This document shows positions 17,548-26,740 of a stretch of 64,000 nt of DNA, in pieces (positions within the stretch are counted from its first letter, which is position 1; each line of letters begins with the position of its first letter). The stretch is taken from NCBI GenBank assembly GCA_965117015.1, contig OZ220747.1:3086921-3150920 (forward strand). Reading direction: 5' to 3'. Position numbers and translations under genes: made by a program. Origin of the DNA: Acidimicrobiales bacterium (lineage in GTDB: Bacteria; Actinomycetota; Acidimicrobiia; Acidimicrobiales; Aldehydirespiratoraceae). The notes under the pieces are model-generated. The model had not been told where the DNA came from and did no database searches. It was given only the letters and a program-made list of their open reading frames with translations.

Positions 17548-18658
17548 GCCGGGGCTCGCGCGGTAGGCCGAGGATGCGTTCGCCGATGATGTTGCGCATG
17601 ATGGCCGACGTGCCGCCCTGGATCGTGTAGGCGGGCGCGTAGCAAATGGCGGTGGCTACGGCGTCGCCGATGGTGGCGGCCGGGCCCAGCACCTGGGCCG
17701 CGAACTGGGCCACCCGCTGCTCGTGCTCGGTGCAGAACGCCTTGGTCCCCGCGCTGTAGTCGGCGGAGCCCTCGCCCAGCGCGCCCCGGTACACCATGAG
17801 CCGTCCCAGCCGGTAGCCGGTCTCGATGGCGGCGATCTCCTGGCGTGTCTGGGGATCGGCCAGATCGGCGTGCTCCAGGGCGAGCTCGTACAGGGGCCGG
17901 TTGGACACCAGCCGGTCGATGCCTCCCCGCTCGTAGCCAAGCTGGATCATGGTCTGCTTGAAGGCCCCGCCCTCGGTGCCGACCAGATTGTCGGCCGGCA
18001 CTCGCACGTCGGTGAAGAAGATCTCGCAGAAGTGCGAGTTGCCGACCATGTCGCGCACCGGCCGTACCTCGATGCCGTCGAGGCCCATCGGTACGATCAG
18101 CTCGCTGAGGCCCTTATGCGGCGGCCCTTCGCGGCTGGTGCGGCAGATCACGTAGCAGTATTCGGCGGTGGCCGCCCCGCTGGTCCATATCTTCTGGCCG
18201 TTGACGACATAGCAGTCGCCGTCACGGTCCGCTGACGTCTTCAGCGCAGCCAAGTCGGAGCCGGCGTCGGGCTCGCTCATCCCGATGCACCAGGACGCCT
18301 CCCCCGACAGCATCCCGGGCAGGTACTCGGCCTTCTGGGCATCGTTGCCGTAGGTGTAGATGGATGGACCCATCTGGCGGTCGGCGAACCAGCTGGCCGC
18401 GATGGGGGCGCCGGCGCTGATCATCTCCTCGGCCATGATGATGCGCTCGATGCCGGGCCGCCCTCCCCCGCCGTGCTCGGCCGGCCAGGTCATCCCGATG
18501 AAACCCTCGGCCGCCAGCACCCTGGAGAACTCCTTGGAGTGGCCGTTGATCCACGAGTCGCTCCACCGCCCGTAGTCGGCCACGCCCTGCTCGGCCACAG
18601 CCCGGGCCCGGGCCCGCAGCGCCTCCCACTCGGGGCGCATCGAGAAGTCGAGGCTCAC
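17534..18658 (-). CDS. acyl-CoA dehydrogenase family protein
   Basis: ACAD-like sequence (GMTWPAEHGG, WCIGMSEPDAGSD, YTIQGGTSAIMRNIIGERILGLP). Start set at the GTG giving VSLDFSMRPEW; the ATG at 18640 is an alternative. Confidence 0.8.
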   Translation of the reverse strand: MSLDFSMRPEWEALRARARAVAEQGVADYGRWSDSWINGHSKEFSRVLAAEGFIGMTWPAEHGGGGRPGIERIIMAEEMISAGAPIAASWFADRQMGPSIYTYGNDAQKAEYLPGMLSGEASWCIGMSEPDAGSDLAALKTSADRDGDCYVVNGQKIWTSGAATAEYCYVICRTSREGPPHKGLSELIVPMGLDGIEVRPVRDMVGNSHFCEIFFTDVRVPADNLVGTEGGAFKQTMIQLGYERGGIDRLVSNRPLYELALEHADLADPQTRQEIAAIETGYRLGRLMVYRGALGEGSADYSAGTKAFCTEHEQRVAQFAAQVLGPAATIGDAVATAICYAPAYTIQGGTSAIMRNIIGERILGLPREPRPTRG

Positions 18659-18775
18659 AACAGCCTGTATATCCGCGAAGCGGTGCCCGAGAACAGATCC
18701 TCCTGCTCGCCGTGGTTGTAGCCGGCGGCCATGATCTGCAGCGCGTTCCACAGCACCGGGTACGGCAGCGTTGCG

Positions 18776-19774
18776 TCAAGCGCTGCGGCGGGCCCTCCGG
18801 GCCCACGCGTCCAGTCCGACCGCGACCAGTATCACGACACCCTGGATGACCCGCTGCCAGATGGGGTCGACCTGGTGGATGTTGAAGCCGTTGACCATGA
18901 ACGCCAGGAACAGCGCTCCCATTACGGTGCGCCACACCGCGCCCTCACCGCCGGCGATGGACGTGCCCCCGACAACTATCGCCGCGATGACGCTGAAGAC
19001 GTAGCTGAAGTCGTCCGACGGCAGTGCACTGCCCGACCTGGCCGAGTTGAGGGTGCCGGCCAGACCCGCAGCCGCTCCCGACATGGCGAAGGTGAGCGCA
19101 GTGACCATCCGGGTGTTGACGCCCGACAGGTGGGCGGCCTCGGAGTTGCCGCCGGTGGCGTAGATGTAGCGGCCGAACTTGGTGCGACTGAGCACGAACC
19201 AGGCCAGCGCCACGATGAGCACGCTGAACCATGTGGCCGTGGTTAGGCCGAAGACTCGCTCCCGCGCCAGGCTGGACCAGTCCCGCGTGTCGGGGCGCAG
19301 GATCGACCGGTCGCTTATAAGGAAGCCCGCCCCGAACCAGATGAACGACGTCGCCAGGGTGACGATGAACGATCCGATCCGGGCGTAGGCCACCAGCGCG
19401 CCGTTCAGCACACCCGCCACCACGCCCAGCAATAGCCCGGCCACCACGCCCACCACGATGGAATCAGTGGCGTTGAGTGCCTGGATGGCGACGATCGACG
19501 AGGTGATGAACACCGCGGCCTGGGAGATGTCGAAGCCGCCGCCAATGATGGTCAGCGTCGCGAACGAGGCACCGATCAGGATGAGAGACTGCTGGTCCAG
19601 GACGTTGCGCAGGTTGGCGCCCCGAAGGAACCCGTCGGTGGTGGCTGCCAGGAACAGGAAGAGCACCAACGTCACCCACAGGATCCCGTACCGGGTGAGA
19701 AGGACTCGCAGCCGCCGGGTGCGCGGGCCCGCGGCTCCCGCCGATAGCCGGGTCAGGAGGGTGAGGGCGGTCAT
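18776..19774 (-). CDS. sugar ABC transporter permease (CUT2, RbsC-like)
   Basis: Trimmed to the ATG giving MTALTLLTRLSAGAAG. Membrane protein with RbsC/AraH-like features (TIIGGGFDISQAAV, ATGGNSEAAHLSGV). Confidence 0.85.
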   Translation of the reverse strand: MTALTLLTRLSAGAAGPRTRRLRVLLTRYGILWVTLVLFLFLAATTDGFLRGANLRNVLDQQSLILIGASFATLTIIGGGFDISQAAVFITSSIVAIQALNATDSIVVGVVAGLLLGVVAGVLNGALVAYARIGSFIVTLATSFIWFGAGFLISDRSILRPDTRDWSSLARERVFGLTTATWFSVLIVALAWFVLSRTKFGRYIYATGGNSEAAHLSGVNTRMVTALTFAMSGAAAGLAGTLNSARSGSALPSDDFSYVFSVIAAIVVGGTSIAGGEGAVWRTVMGALFLAFMVNGFNIHQVDPIWQRVIQGVVILVAVGLDAWARRARRSA

Positions 19775-19782
19775 GGCGTCTC

Positions 19783-21297
19783 CTAGGTCGGTTGAGGTGC
19801 AGCCGCGAAGGCGGCTTCGAGGATGCGTGACTCGGTGAGGTCGTCGCCGGCGAGTTCGGCGACGACGGCCTGGTCGCGCACTACCAGCACCCGGTGGGCC
19901 AGCCCGATGACCTCGTCGAGTTCCGAGGACACGAACAGCACGGCCAGGCCGGCGGCCGCAGCTCCCGCGATCAGGTCGTAGATCGCTCGCTTGGCGCCGA
20001 TGTCGACTCCTCGGGTCGGCTCGTCGGCGAGCAGCAGCCGTCGAGAGTCGACGAACCATCGGGCAAAGAGGCTCTTCTGCTGGTTGCCGCCGGACAGTTC
20101 CAGCACGGACTGCTCGATCGAGGCCGACCTGATGTCGACGCTCACAGCCGCTTCCGCGGCAGCCTGGGCCTCCTGGCCCGGCCGCATGCAGCCGATCCGG
20201 CTGATGCGTCCCAGATGCGGCAGGGTGACATTGTCACGTATCGATCGACTCAGCAGCAGGCCCTGGTCCTTGCGGGACTCAGGGATCAGGCCCACTCCGG
20301 CGCGAATGGCGTCGCGGGTGGAGCGCCGCTTGATCGGCCGGCCACACACCAGGACTTCGCCGCCGGCGCGGCGATCGGCTCCGTACACCGCCCTTAGGAT
20401 CTCGGAGCGCCCCGAGCCGACCAGCCCGGCCAGCCCGACGATCTCACCGGCTCGCACCTGGAGACTGACCGCAGGATCGTCGCCGGCCCGCCGCATCTCC
20501 TTGACGTCGAGCACCACCGGGGCATCCGGGGGCGGAGGTGCCTTGGCCGGGAAGTTCGTGTCGAGCGATCGGCCGGTCATGGCCTCCACCAGGCTCCGCT
20601 CGGTCTCGGAAGCCGCGGGCCGGCTGCTGACCAGTGCCCCGTCGCGCATGACCGAGACGCGGTGGGACACTTGCAGCACCTGGTCGAGGAAATGCGACAC
20701 CAAGATGACCGTGGTCCCGTCCTGCGACAGCCGGGACACGATCGCCAACAGCGTCCCGGCCTCCTCGGTGGACAGACGGGCGGTCGGCTCGTCCATGACG
20801 ATCAGATCGGCTCGTCGCCCCAGGGCCCGGAGGATCTCTACCTTCTGTTGCTCGGCGACCGGTAGGTCGGCGACCAGCACCTCGCCGGGCACCTCGATGC
20901 CGGTCCGCTCAACCAGCGCGTCGAAACGCCGGTGCTGCACGCGGGTGCGTACCACCCCGCTGAACGAGGGCTCGTCGCCTAGGAACACGTTGTCGATGAC
21001 GCTGCGGCCCGGCACGAGCGACAGCTCCTGGGCCACAACGGTGATGCCGTGGTCAAGGGCGTCGCGCGGGGACCTGAAGGCCACCGGCTCGCCGTCGAGC
21101 AGGACCCTGCCGCGGTCGGGCCGGTGGACTCCGGCGACGATCTTCCCGACCGTCGATTTTCCGGCGCCGTTCTCACCGACGATGGCGTGAACGGTGCCAC
21201 GGTGGACTGTCAGCGAGAGATCGCGAACAGCCCGGGTCGCTCCAAACGACTTGGAGACGTTGTCGAGTTCTATGTGGGGCGCGCTCAGCCGTCCCAT
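19783..21297 (-). CDS. sugar ABC transporter ATP-binding protein with tandem NBDs (RbsA-like)
   Basis: Starts MGRLSAPHIELDNVSKSFG. First NBD: Walker A GENGAGKST and Walker B IVMDEPTARL. Second NBD: GLVGSGRS, signature LSGGNQQK and LLLADEPTRGVD. Confidence 0.85.
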   Translation of the reverse strand: MGRLSAPHIELDNVSKSFGATRAVRDLSLTVHRGTVHAIVGENGAGKSTVGKIVAGVHRPDRGRVLLDGEPVAFRSPRDALDHGITVVAQELSLVPGRSVIDNVFLGDEPSFSGVVRTRVQHRRFDALVERTGIEVPGEVLVADLPVAEQQKVEILRALGRRADLIVMDEPTARLSTEEAGTLLAIVSRLSQDGTTVILVSHFLDQVLQVSHRVSVMRDGALVSSRPAASETERSLVEAMTGRSLDTNFPAKAPPPPDAPVVLDVKEMRRAGDDPAVSLQVRAGEIVGLAGLVGSGRSEILRAVYGADRRAGGEVLVCGRPIKRRSTRDAIRAGVGLIPESRKDQGLLLSRSIRDNVTLPHLGRISRIGCMRPGQEAQAAAEAAVSVDIRSASIEQSVLELSGGNQQKSLFARWFVDSRRLLLADEPTRGVDIGAKRAIYDLIAGAAAAGLAVLFVSSELDEVIGLAHRVLVVRDQAVVAELAGDDLTESRILEAAFAAAPQPT

Positions 21298-22439
21298 TGC
21301 CCGGTGAACTTGTCCACGTTCGCAGCGGTCACCAATCCGTTGTCGGTGACGTCGGCTAGAGGGTTGATGCCCCCGGAGTGGACCCCTTCGGTCAGGGCCA
21401 GGATCATGGCGTCCATGGCGTTGGCACCCTCGCTGCCGGGAGCGCCGTAGATCACGCCGTACCACCGACCCTCGGCCACCGCCTGAAGCCCGGTGATCGA
21501 GCCACCGAGGCCGATCAGCTTGACGTCGGTCATTCCTTCGTCGTTCAGGACGATCTCGACGCCTTGGATCGACTGGTCGGCCCCGATCACGACATCGAAC
21601 TCCGGGGCCGCGATCAGGATGTCCTGCATGGCGTTGATGCCGCCCTCGGGTCCCAGGTACTGGCCCTCGCCATCGGCGACGATGGTCACGCTGGGATTGC
21701 GGGCGAGCACGTTGTCGAAGCCCTCCTTCAAGGCAACGTCGAGCGGGAAACCCTTGATGCCATACAGATACACGACCTGGCACGGGTCGAGCGACCCGCA
21801 GGCCTCCACGGTGAGCTCGCCCATGCGCTCGCCGTTCTCGACGGGAGGGGCCAGCGACGACGCCGCTATCCCGTCCACCTGAGGGGCGCCCTCGGCCAGG
21901 TCGTCGCCGACCACGGTGTTGAGCACGACCACTTCGATGCCCTGGGCCAGTGCGTCCTCGATGTCGGGGATGAGCCCAGGCCCGTTGACCGCGGCCACGA
22001 TCACGCCGTCGTACTCGCCGGAGGCGATGACGTCCTGAAGCTGGGCGGTCTGCGCCTGCGGGTCGAACGCCGCGTCGAACTCGATCATGTCGATGCCGTT
22101 CTCGTCGGCGATCCGCTGCATCTGGGCACGGGAGCTCGCGTACCAGGTGTTGGCTGAGCTGGCCGACAGGTAGGCGATCTGGAGCCCTTCGGTCGACACG
22201 GCCGGTGCCTCGGCCGGCTCAATCGCCGCAGTCTCGGTCGGCTCAGCCTCAGCGGGTTCGGGCTCGGCCGGTTCTGTGGCATCCGGTTCGGCAGGCTCGG
22301 CGGTTACCGCCGAGGTTGCGGAGGGTGCGGTCTCCGCTTGGTCGGCTGGCTCTTCGTCGCCGCAGGCCGCGGCGATCAGCCCTAGGCAGAGCACGACGGC
22401 CAGTAGCCGAAGCGGCTTGATCCTCAATGTTGTGGTCAT
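21285..22439 (-). CDS. ABC transporter substrate-binding lipoprotein (periplasmic-binding-protein type I, sugar-like) with acidic linker
   Basis: 384-aa ORF. Signal peptide with lipobox LIAAAC, then about 70 aa of A/E/P/T-rich linker, then an RbsB-like body (LQIAYLSASSANTW). Confidence 0.8.
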   Translation of the reverse strand: MTTTLRIKPLRLLAVVLCLGLIAAACGDEEPADQAETAPSATSAVTAEPAEPDATEPAEPEPAEAEPTETAAIEPAEAPAVSTEGLQIAYLSASSANTWYASSRAQMQRIADENGIDMIEFDAAFDPQAQTAQLQDVIASGEYDGVIVAAVNGPGLIPDIEDALAQGIEVVVLNTVVGDDLAEGAPQVDGIAASSLAPPVENGERMGELTVEACGSLDPCQVVYLYGIKGFPLDVALKEGFDNVLARNPSVTIVADGEGQYLGPEGGINAMQDILIAAPEFDVVIGADQSIQGVEIVLNDEGMTDVKLIGLGGSITGLQAVAEGRWYGVIYGAPGSEGANAMDAMILALTEGVHSGGINPLADVTDNGLVTAANVDKFTGQWDG

Positions 22440-22515
22440 GGTTCGCTCGCTTTCGAGTTCGGGAGGTTTGGTTGGAAGGCGGGAACGTTGAGCCGCTCCC
22501 TGGTGTCGTAATCGT

Positions 22516-24069
22516 TCATCGCAACGGTCCGGCCGCTTTGACCCGCAGCCTCAGGACGTTGTCCTTGAGATAGGCCATGGTGAGTTCCTCGAGCGCCACG
22601 ACCTCGGTGAGTTCCGGGTCGGCACCCAACGCAATGGCCGAGCCCACCGCGGCGTCCTTGGCCCGTCCGGTGGCCTCGTCGCGGCCTCCGGGGCCCAAGG
22701 TCAGCAGTTGGTCAACCTCGGCGCTGATGGAGGCGATGGCCGCGCCGATGGCGTTGGCCACATCGAAATGGTCGGGCCGGTCGATAGAGCTGACCCCGGC
22801 CAGCGAGTCGGGCAGCAGCGTGCTCCCTCCACCGACCGCGATGACGGGCTGGTCGGAGCGGGTCAGTTTCATCCGGTCGATGGCGTCCTCGAAGATCCGG
22901 TCGACGCGGGCGACGGCTCCCATGGCCACCGTCTCGCCGACAGAGTCCACCGGGTGGGAGCCCATGGCGGCCCGGCCGACCCGCACTGCTACGTCGCTCA
23001 ACGTGAGGGTGGAGCCGCCGAAGCACAGAGCCTCGGAGGTCAGGTGGTACCCGATACTGTCGGGGCCTACGGTCACCTTGCCATCGGAGTTGCGGATCCG
23101 GCTGCCGCCTCCAAGGGCCACCGACAGCAGATCTGGCATCCGGAAGTTGGTGCGGACTCCGCCGATCTCCACCGGGATCGACGACTCCCGGGGGAAGCCC
23201 GATGCCAGAACCCCGACATCGGTAGAGGTGCCTCCGACGTCTACGACGATGGCGTTCTGTAGACCCGTCAGGTACCCGGCGCCTCTCATGGAGTTGGCCG
23301 GGCCGCTTCCGATGGTCAGCACCGGGAAGCCGAGCACGCGGTCGAGGGCCATCAGCGTCCCGTCGTTCTGTGCGAAGTACGGCGTGGCCTTCAAGCCAGC
23401 GTTGTCCATGGCGGTGCTGAGGCCGGCCACGATGTCGTGAGCGACCCGGCGCAGGGCGGCGTTGAGCACGCAGGCGTTCTCCCGCTCGAGCACTCCGATC
23501 GAACCGACATCGCAGCTCAGCGATACGGGAACTTGCTCACCGAATACCTCGGTCACGATGTCGGCTGCCCGATGCTCGTGCGCGGCCGATACGGGCGCGA
23601 ACACGCTGGTGATGGCAACGCTGTCGGGCCGCTCGGGCAGACTGTCCAGGAAGCGGAACAAGCCGTCGGCGTCGAACGGGACCTGCTCCCGACCGTCGAA
23701 CTCGTACCCGCCGTCGACAACGGTCTCCCCCACCGACACGGCCCGGCGAAGCTCGGCGGGCCATGTGGCCAGCGGTGGGACGGCGCGCGTCGCCGGTCCC
23801 CCGATCCTTACCACCGCCACCGAGTTGAGACCGCGACGCTCGAGGATGGCGTTGGTGGCGTGGGTGGTTCCCAGCATCACCCGCGACACCGAGTCGGGAG
23901 GTACCCCGCCCTTCGCCAGAACCGAGCCGACCGCGGCAACCAGGCCCTCGTTGATGTCCGCGGTGGTCGGAGTCTTGACCTTGGCCGCCACCCGCAAAGC
24001 GTCATCGAGGAGCACCGCGTCGGTGTTGGTTCCACCCACGTCGACACCGATCCGGTACTCACCCGGCAT
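22516..24069 (-). CDS. hydantoinase/oxoprolinase family protein (HyuA-like)
   Basis: 517-aa ORF. N-terminus YRIGVDVGGTNTDAVLLDD and internal VVDVGGTSTDVG are the ASKHA-fold phosphate-binding motifs of hydantoinase A / oxoprolinase proteins. Confidence 0.8.
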   Translation of the reverse strand: MPGEYRIGVDVGGTNTDAVLLDDALRVAAKVKTPTTADINEGLVAAVGSVLAKGGVPPDSVSRVMLGTTHATNAILERRGLNSVAVVRIGGPATRAVPPLATWPAELRRAVSVGETVVDGGYEFDGREQVPFDADGLFRFLDSLPERPDSVAITSVFAPVSAAHEHRAADIVTEVFGEQVPVSLSCDVGSIGVLERENACVLNAALRRVAHDIVAGLSTAMDNAGLKATPYFAQNDGTLMALDRVLGFPVLTIGSGPANSMRGAGYLTGLQNAIVVDVGGTSTDVGVLASGFPRESSIPVEIGGVRTNFRMPDLLSVALGGGSRIRNSDGKVTVGPDSIGYHLTSEALCFGGSTLTLSDVAVRVGRAAMGSHPVDSVGETVAMGAVARVDRIFEDAIDRMKLTRSDQPVIAVGGGSTLLPDSLAGVSSIDRPDHFDVANAIGAAIASISAEVDQLLTLGPGGRDEATGRAKDAAVGSAIALGADPELTEVVALEELTMAYLKDNVLRLRVKAAGPLR

Positions 24070-25153
24070 TGATGTCCTCCACGGGGCGGTAGTCGAAGTC
24101 GTAGTTGAAGGCCCTGGGTCCGGCCACAGCCAGACCTTCAGGAGTGCGCCAGAGGCTGTCTATGGGCAGGCCCACGATGGAGACGAGCTGCCCGTAGCGC
24201 AGCAGCTCGGTGACGATGGGTCGGGCGGTGTGCAGGTCGACGGCGGTGATGATGTCGGGGACGCTGGCCCGCACTCTCCCGTCCTCGATCAATACGGTGT
24301 TCTCGTTCTGGAACTCGAGGCGAGCCACTCGCCCGCTGCATTCACCGATCCCCTCGACTACCGCGGATCCCCGGGCGAAGCCCTCGGTGGTCTGGCGGTC
24401 GACATCGACGACTTTGCCCTCGATGAGCGGGTAGCCGTCGAGGTGCTCGCACATGGCTGTCACGGGCTCGTCGGAGACTTCGAGCATCACTCGACCCGCC
24501 GTGATGGCGCGGGTTATCGAGTTCCTGACGGTGGCCCGCCGGGCAGTACCGACCGTCATCGGGTACAGGCAGATGGTGGCTTCGGCCCCCATGGTCGTGC
24601 ATACCGAGCGGGCGATGTCCTCGGCCCAGACCGCAGTGGTGGTGGTCAAGGTGACGACGTTGCCCCGCTCATCGGTCATCACTGCGGGCGTGGCCGGCAC
24701 TCCTGCTAGGTGCGCCGTGGTCATCTGGAGCTCGGGGAACGCCCGACCCATGAGATCGGCATCTACAACCGGGAGGTTGGCGCGTGCCGCCCACGAGAAG
24801 GGCACGACACCGTTCAGTCCCCCGAGCTCCAGACAACAGATGGCCGCCACTTGCATGCCGGTCTCGTTCTCGACGGCCTCCTGCAGGCGCTGCGCCTCGG
24901 TGCCGGCCCCGAACTTCTCGACCATGACCGTGGTCGCGCCCATCATGCAGATGGGCAGGATCAGGCGGTCGTCGTCCAACTCGTCCAGGTCGAGCAGTTG
25001 CACCGGCCCGGAGTGGGCGATGGCCTGCGACGCCATGTGATGGCCCAGCCGGGGATCACCCCCGCCGCCGGCTCCGAAGATCGCCGCGCCGAGGGAGAGC
25101 CACTCCAACTCTTGGGCCCCGATCTCTAGCACTGGAAGCGACCGTAGTCCCAC
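24059..25153 (-). CDS. DUF917 domain protein (paralogue 1)
   Basis: Contains LSLGAAIFGAGGGGDP and other DUF917-like features. Overlaps the hydantoinase start by 11 nt. Start placed at GTG 25153, because the ATG at 25228 lies inside the operator palindrome 6 nt from the divergent regulator start. Start uncertain. Confidence 0.7.
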   Translation of the reverse strand: MGLRSLPVLEIGAQELEWLSLGAAIFGAGGGGDPRLGHHMASQAIAHSGPVQLLDLDELDDDRLILPICMMGATTVMVEKFGAGTEAQRLQEAVENETGMQVAAICCLELGGLNGVVPFSWAARANLPVVDADLMGRAFPELQMTTAHLAGVPATPAVMTDERGNVVTLTTTTAVWAEDIARSVCTTMGAEATICLYPMTVGTARRATVRNSITRAITAGRVMLEVSDEPVTAMCEHLDGYPLIEGKVVDVDRQTTEGFARGSAVVEGIGECSGRVARLEFQNENTVLIEDGRVRASVPDIITAVDLHTARPIVTELLRYGQLVSIVGLPIDSLWRTPEGLAVAGPRAFNYDFDYRPVEDINAG

Positions 25154-25178
25154 TGGGACCCCGTGGAGCGGCTGTATT

Positions 25179-25223
25179 TGTGCATTAGTCAAGAGAGCTG
25201 GGCGATCTTGTGCATTATGCACA
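25179..25223. promoter_or_regulatory. operator candidates in a divergent promoter: perfect palindrome TGTGCAT-T-ATGCACA plus an upstream half-site
   Basis: TGTGCATTATGCACA at 25209-25223 (7-1-7 perfect inverted repeat). TGTGCATTA is repeated at 25179-25187, exactly 30 nt upstream. This is a low-GC island between the DUF917 and PucR-type genes. Confidence 0.6.
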
Positions 25224-25234
25224 TACATGCCAGG

Positions 25235-26719
25235 ATGTGGGCGGTGCTGTTGAGGGACCTCGTCGATCGCGATCCGTCAATCGCGGTCCTGCACGCTGCT
25301 CCGGCCGCGCTGAACCGTCCGCTGGCGTCGGTCCAGATGGTCGACGAGTACCCGGGCGTCGCGGCCGCCGGGCCCGGAGCGCTGGTGGTGCTTGCCCCGC
25401 ACCTGTCTGCCGACGCGGCGTCGTACCGATTCGACCTGGCCCTGGGAGAGCTGCCCGACGGGGTTGCCGGCCTGGCCCTGTCAGGCTCAGCGGGAGAGCC
25501 GTCGGCCACCGCGTTGCGTACCGCGGAGAACCGGGGTATCGCGCTGATCGCTCTGGATCCGGCCACCGATGTGGCCGCTCTCGCGGTGCGGGTACGGGAC
25601 GTGAGCCTCGGCGGGACCCGGGAGGCCGTGACCCGGCTGGAGACCATCTGCGCGATCGTTGACGCCTACGAATCGCGGGGCGAGCACGTCGACTCGCTGC
25701 TGGCCCGCCTGACGACGGAGCTCGAATGCGACATCAGCATCGAGACCGAGCCCGGAGACTCCCCCGCGGTCGCCCTGGACGCGGGCACGGGACAGCCGAC
25801 CTTCCTGGTGGCAGACGCCGAGATGTCTGACATCGTCGTGCGGACCGCGCTGGTCTATGCCGGCCGGGCCATCGAGCTGATCCTGCGTCGCGACTTCGAG
25901 GCCGCCAACTTCCCGGTGCAGTCGAGAGGCGACCTGCTCAACGAGTTCCTTCTCAGCGATGCGGCCACCGGCGCCGATGCCCTTGCCCGGCTCCGGCGCA
26001 GCGGGTTTCCGGTTGACGGTCACCACCTCGCGGCTCGGGTCGACCTGCACAATGTCGCCTCTGGGGTGAACGATGTCACCGACCGGTACCGCCGACAGCT
26101 GCAAGCGGCGCGGTTGCTCAGCGACCGCGTCTCCCAGGGTGACCCCTCCTGGACCGCGGCCGGCACCAACACCTCGGTGCTGCTGGTGATGAGCGAGCCA
26201 CGACGCGATGGTCGGCACTCAGCGATCCTCCAGGACCGGCTCCAGTCCGGCCTGGCCCGCCTCAACGCGCTTGACCCGGGCCTGGAGTGGGCGGCGGGCG
26301 TCGGCACCGTTCAGAGCGGCGCCGGCGGGCTGCGGAACACCGTCGACGAGGCGACGTCGGCGTTGCGGGCCGCCCAGGCCAACAACGCCTACAACCGCCT
26401 CCACCACTTCGATCGGCTCGGGTTCGCCAGGGCTTTGATCCGGTGGTACGAGATCGACGACGTCAGGGCAACGATCGACGAGATCCTGGCTCCCCTGGCC
26501 CGGCTGGGGGACAAGAACGCCGCCGAGGCGATCAACACCCTGCGCGCCTATCTGGACTCGGGCCAGAGCATTAAGCAGACCGCTCACCAGTTGCGCGTGC
26601 ACCGCAACACAGTGCGCTACCGCATCAAGCGCATCCTCGACGTGCTCGAAGTCGACCTCACCGATCCCGAACAGCGCCTCTTGGTGGAACTCGGCACTCG
26701 GGCAATGCGCATCTCATAA
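25235..26719 (+). CDS. PucR/CdaR family transcriptional regulator
   Basis: Trimmed to MWAVLLRDLVDRDPS. C-terminal HTH TLRAYLDSGQSIKQTAHQLRVHRNTVRYRIKRI is characteristic of the PucR C-terminal domain. Confidence 0.8.
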   Translation: MWAVLLRDLVDRDPSIAVLHAAPAALNRPLASVQMVDEYPGVAAAGPGALVVLAPHLSADAASYRFDLALGELPDGVAGLALSGSAGEPSATALRTAENRGIALIALDPATDVAALAVRVRDVSLGGTREAVTRLETICAIVDAYESRGEHVDSLLARLTTELECDISIETEPGDSPAVALDAGTGQPTFLVADAEMSDIVVRTALVYAGRAIELILRRDFEAANFPVQSRGDLLNEFLLSDAATGADALARLRRSGFPVDGHHLAARVDLHNVASGVNDVTDRYRRQLQAARLLSDRVSQGDPSWTAAGTNTSVLLVMSEPRRDGRHSAILQDRLQSGLARLNALDPGLEWAAGVGTVQSGAGGLRNTVDEATSALRAAQANNAYNRLHHFDRLGFARALIRWYEIDDVRATIDEILAPLARLGDKNAAEAINTLRAYLDSGQSIKQTAHQLRVHRNTVRYRIKRILDVLEVDLTDPEQRLLVELGTRAMRIS

Positions 26720-26740
26720 CGGAGACCGGCCACGCGGCCA

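Noticed and set aside
24059-25228. ATG at 25228 as the start of DUF917 paralogue 1.
   Set aside because: It would put the start codon 6 nt from the divergent regulator's ATG and translate through the low-GC operator palindromes. A GTG at 25153 (or 25132), just before the conserved region, is more plausible. This remains uncertain.
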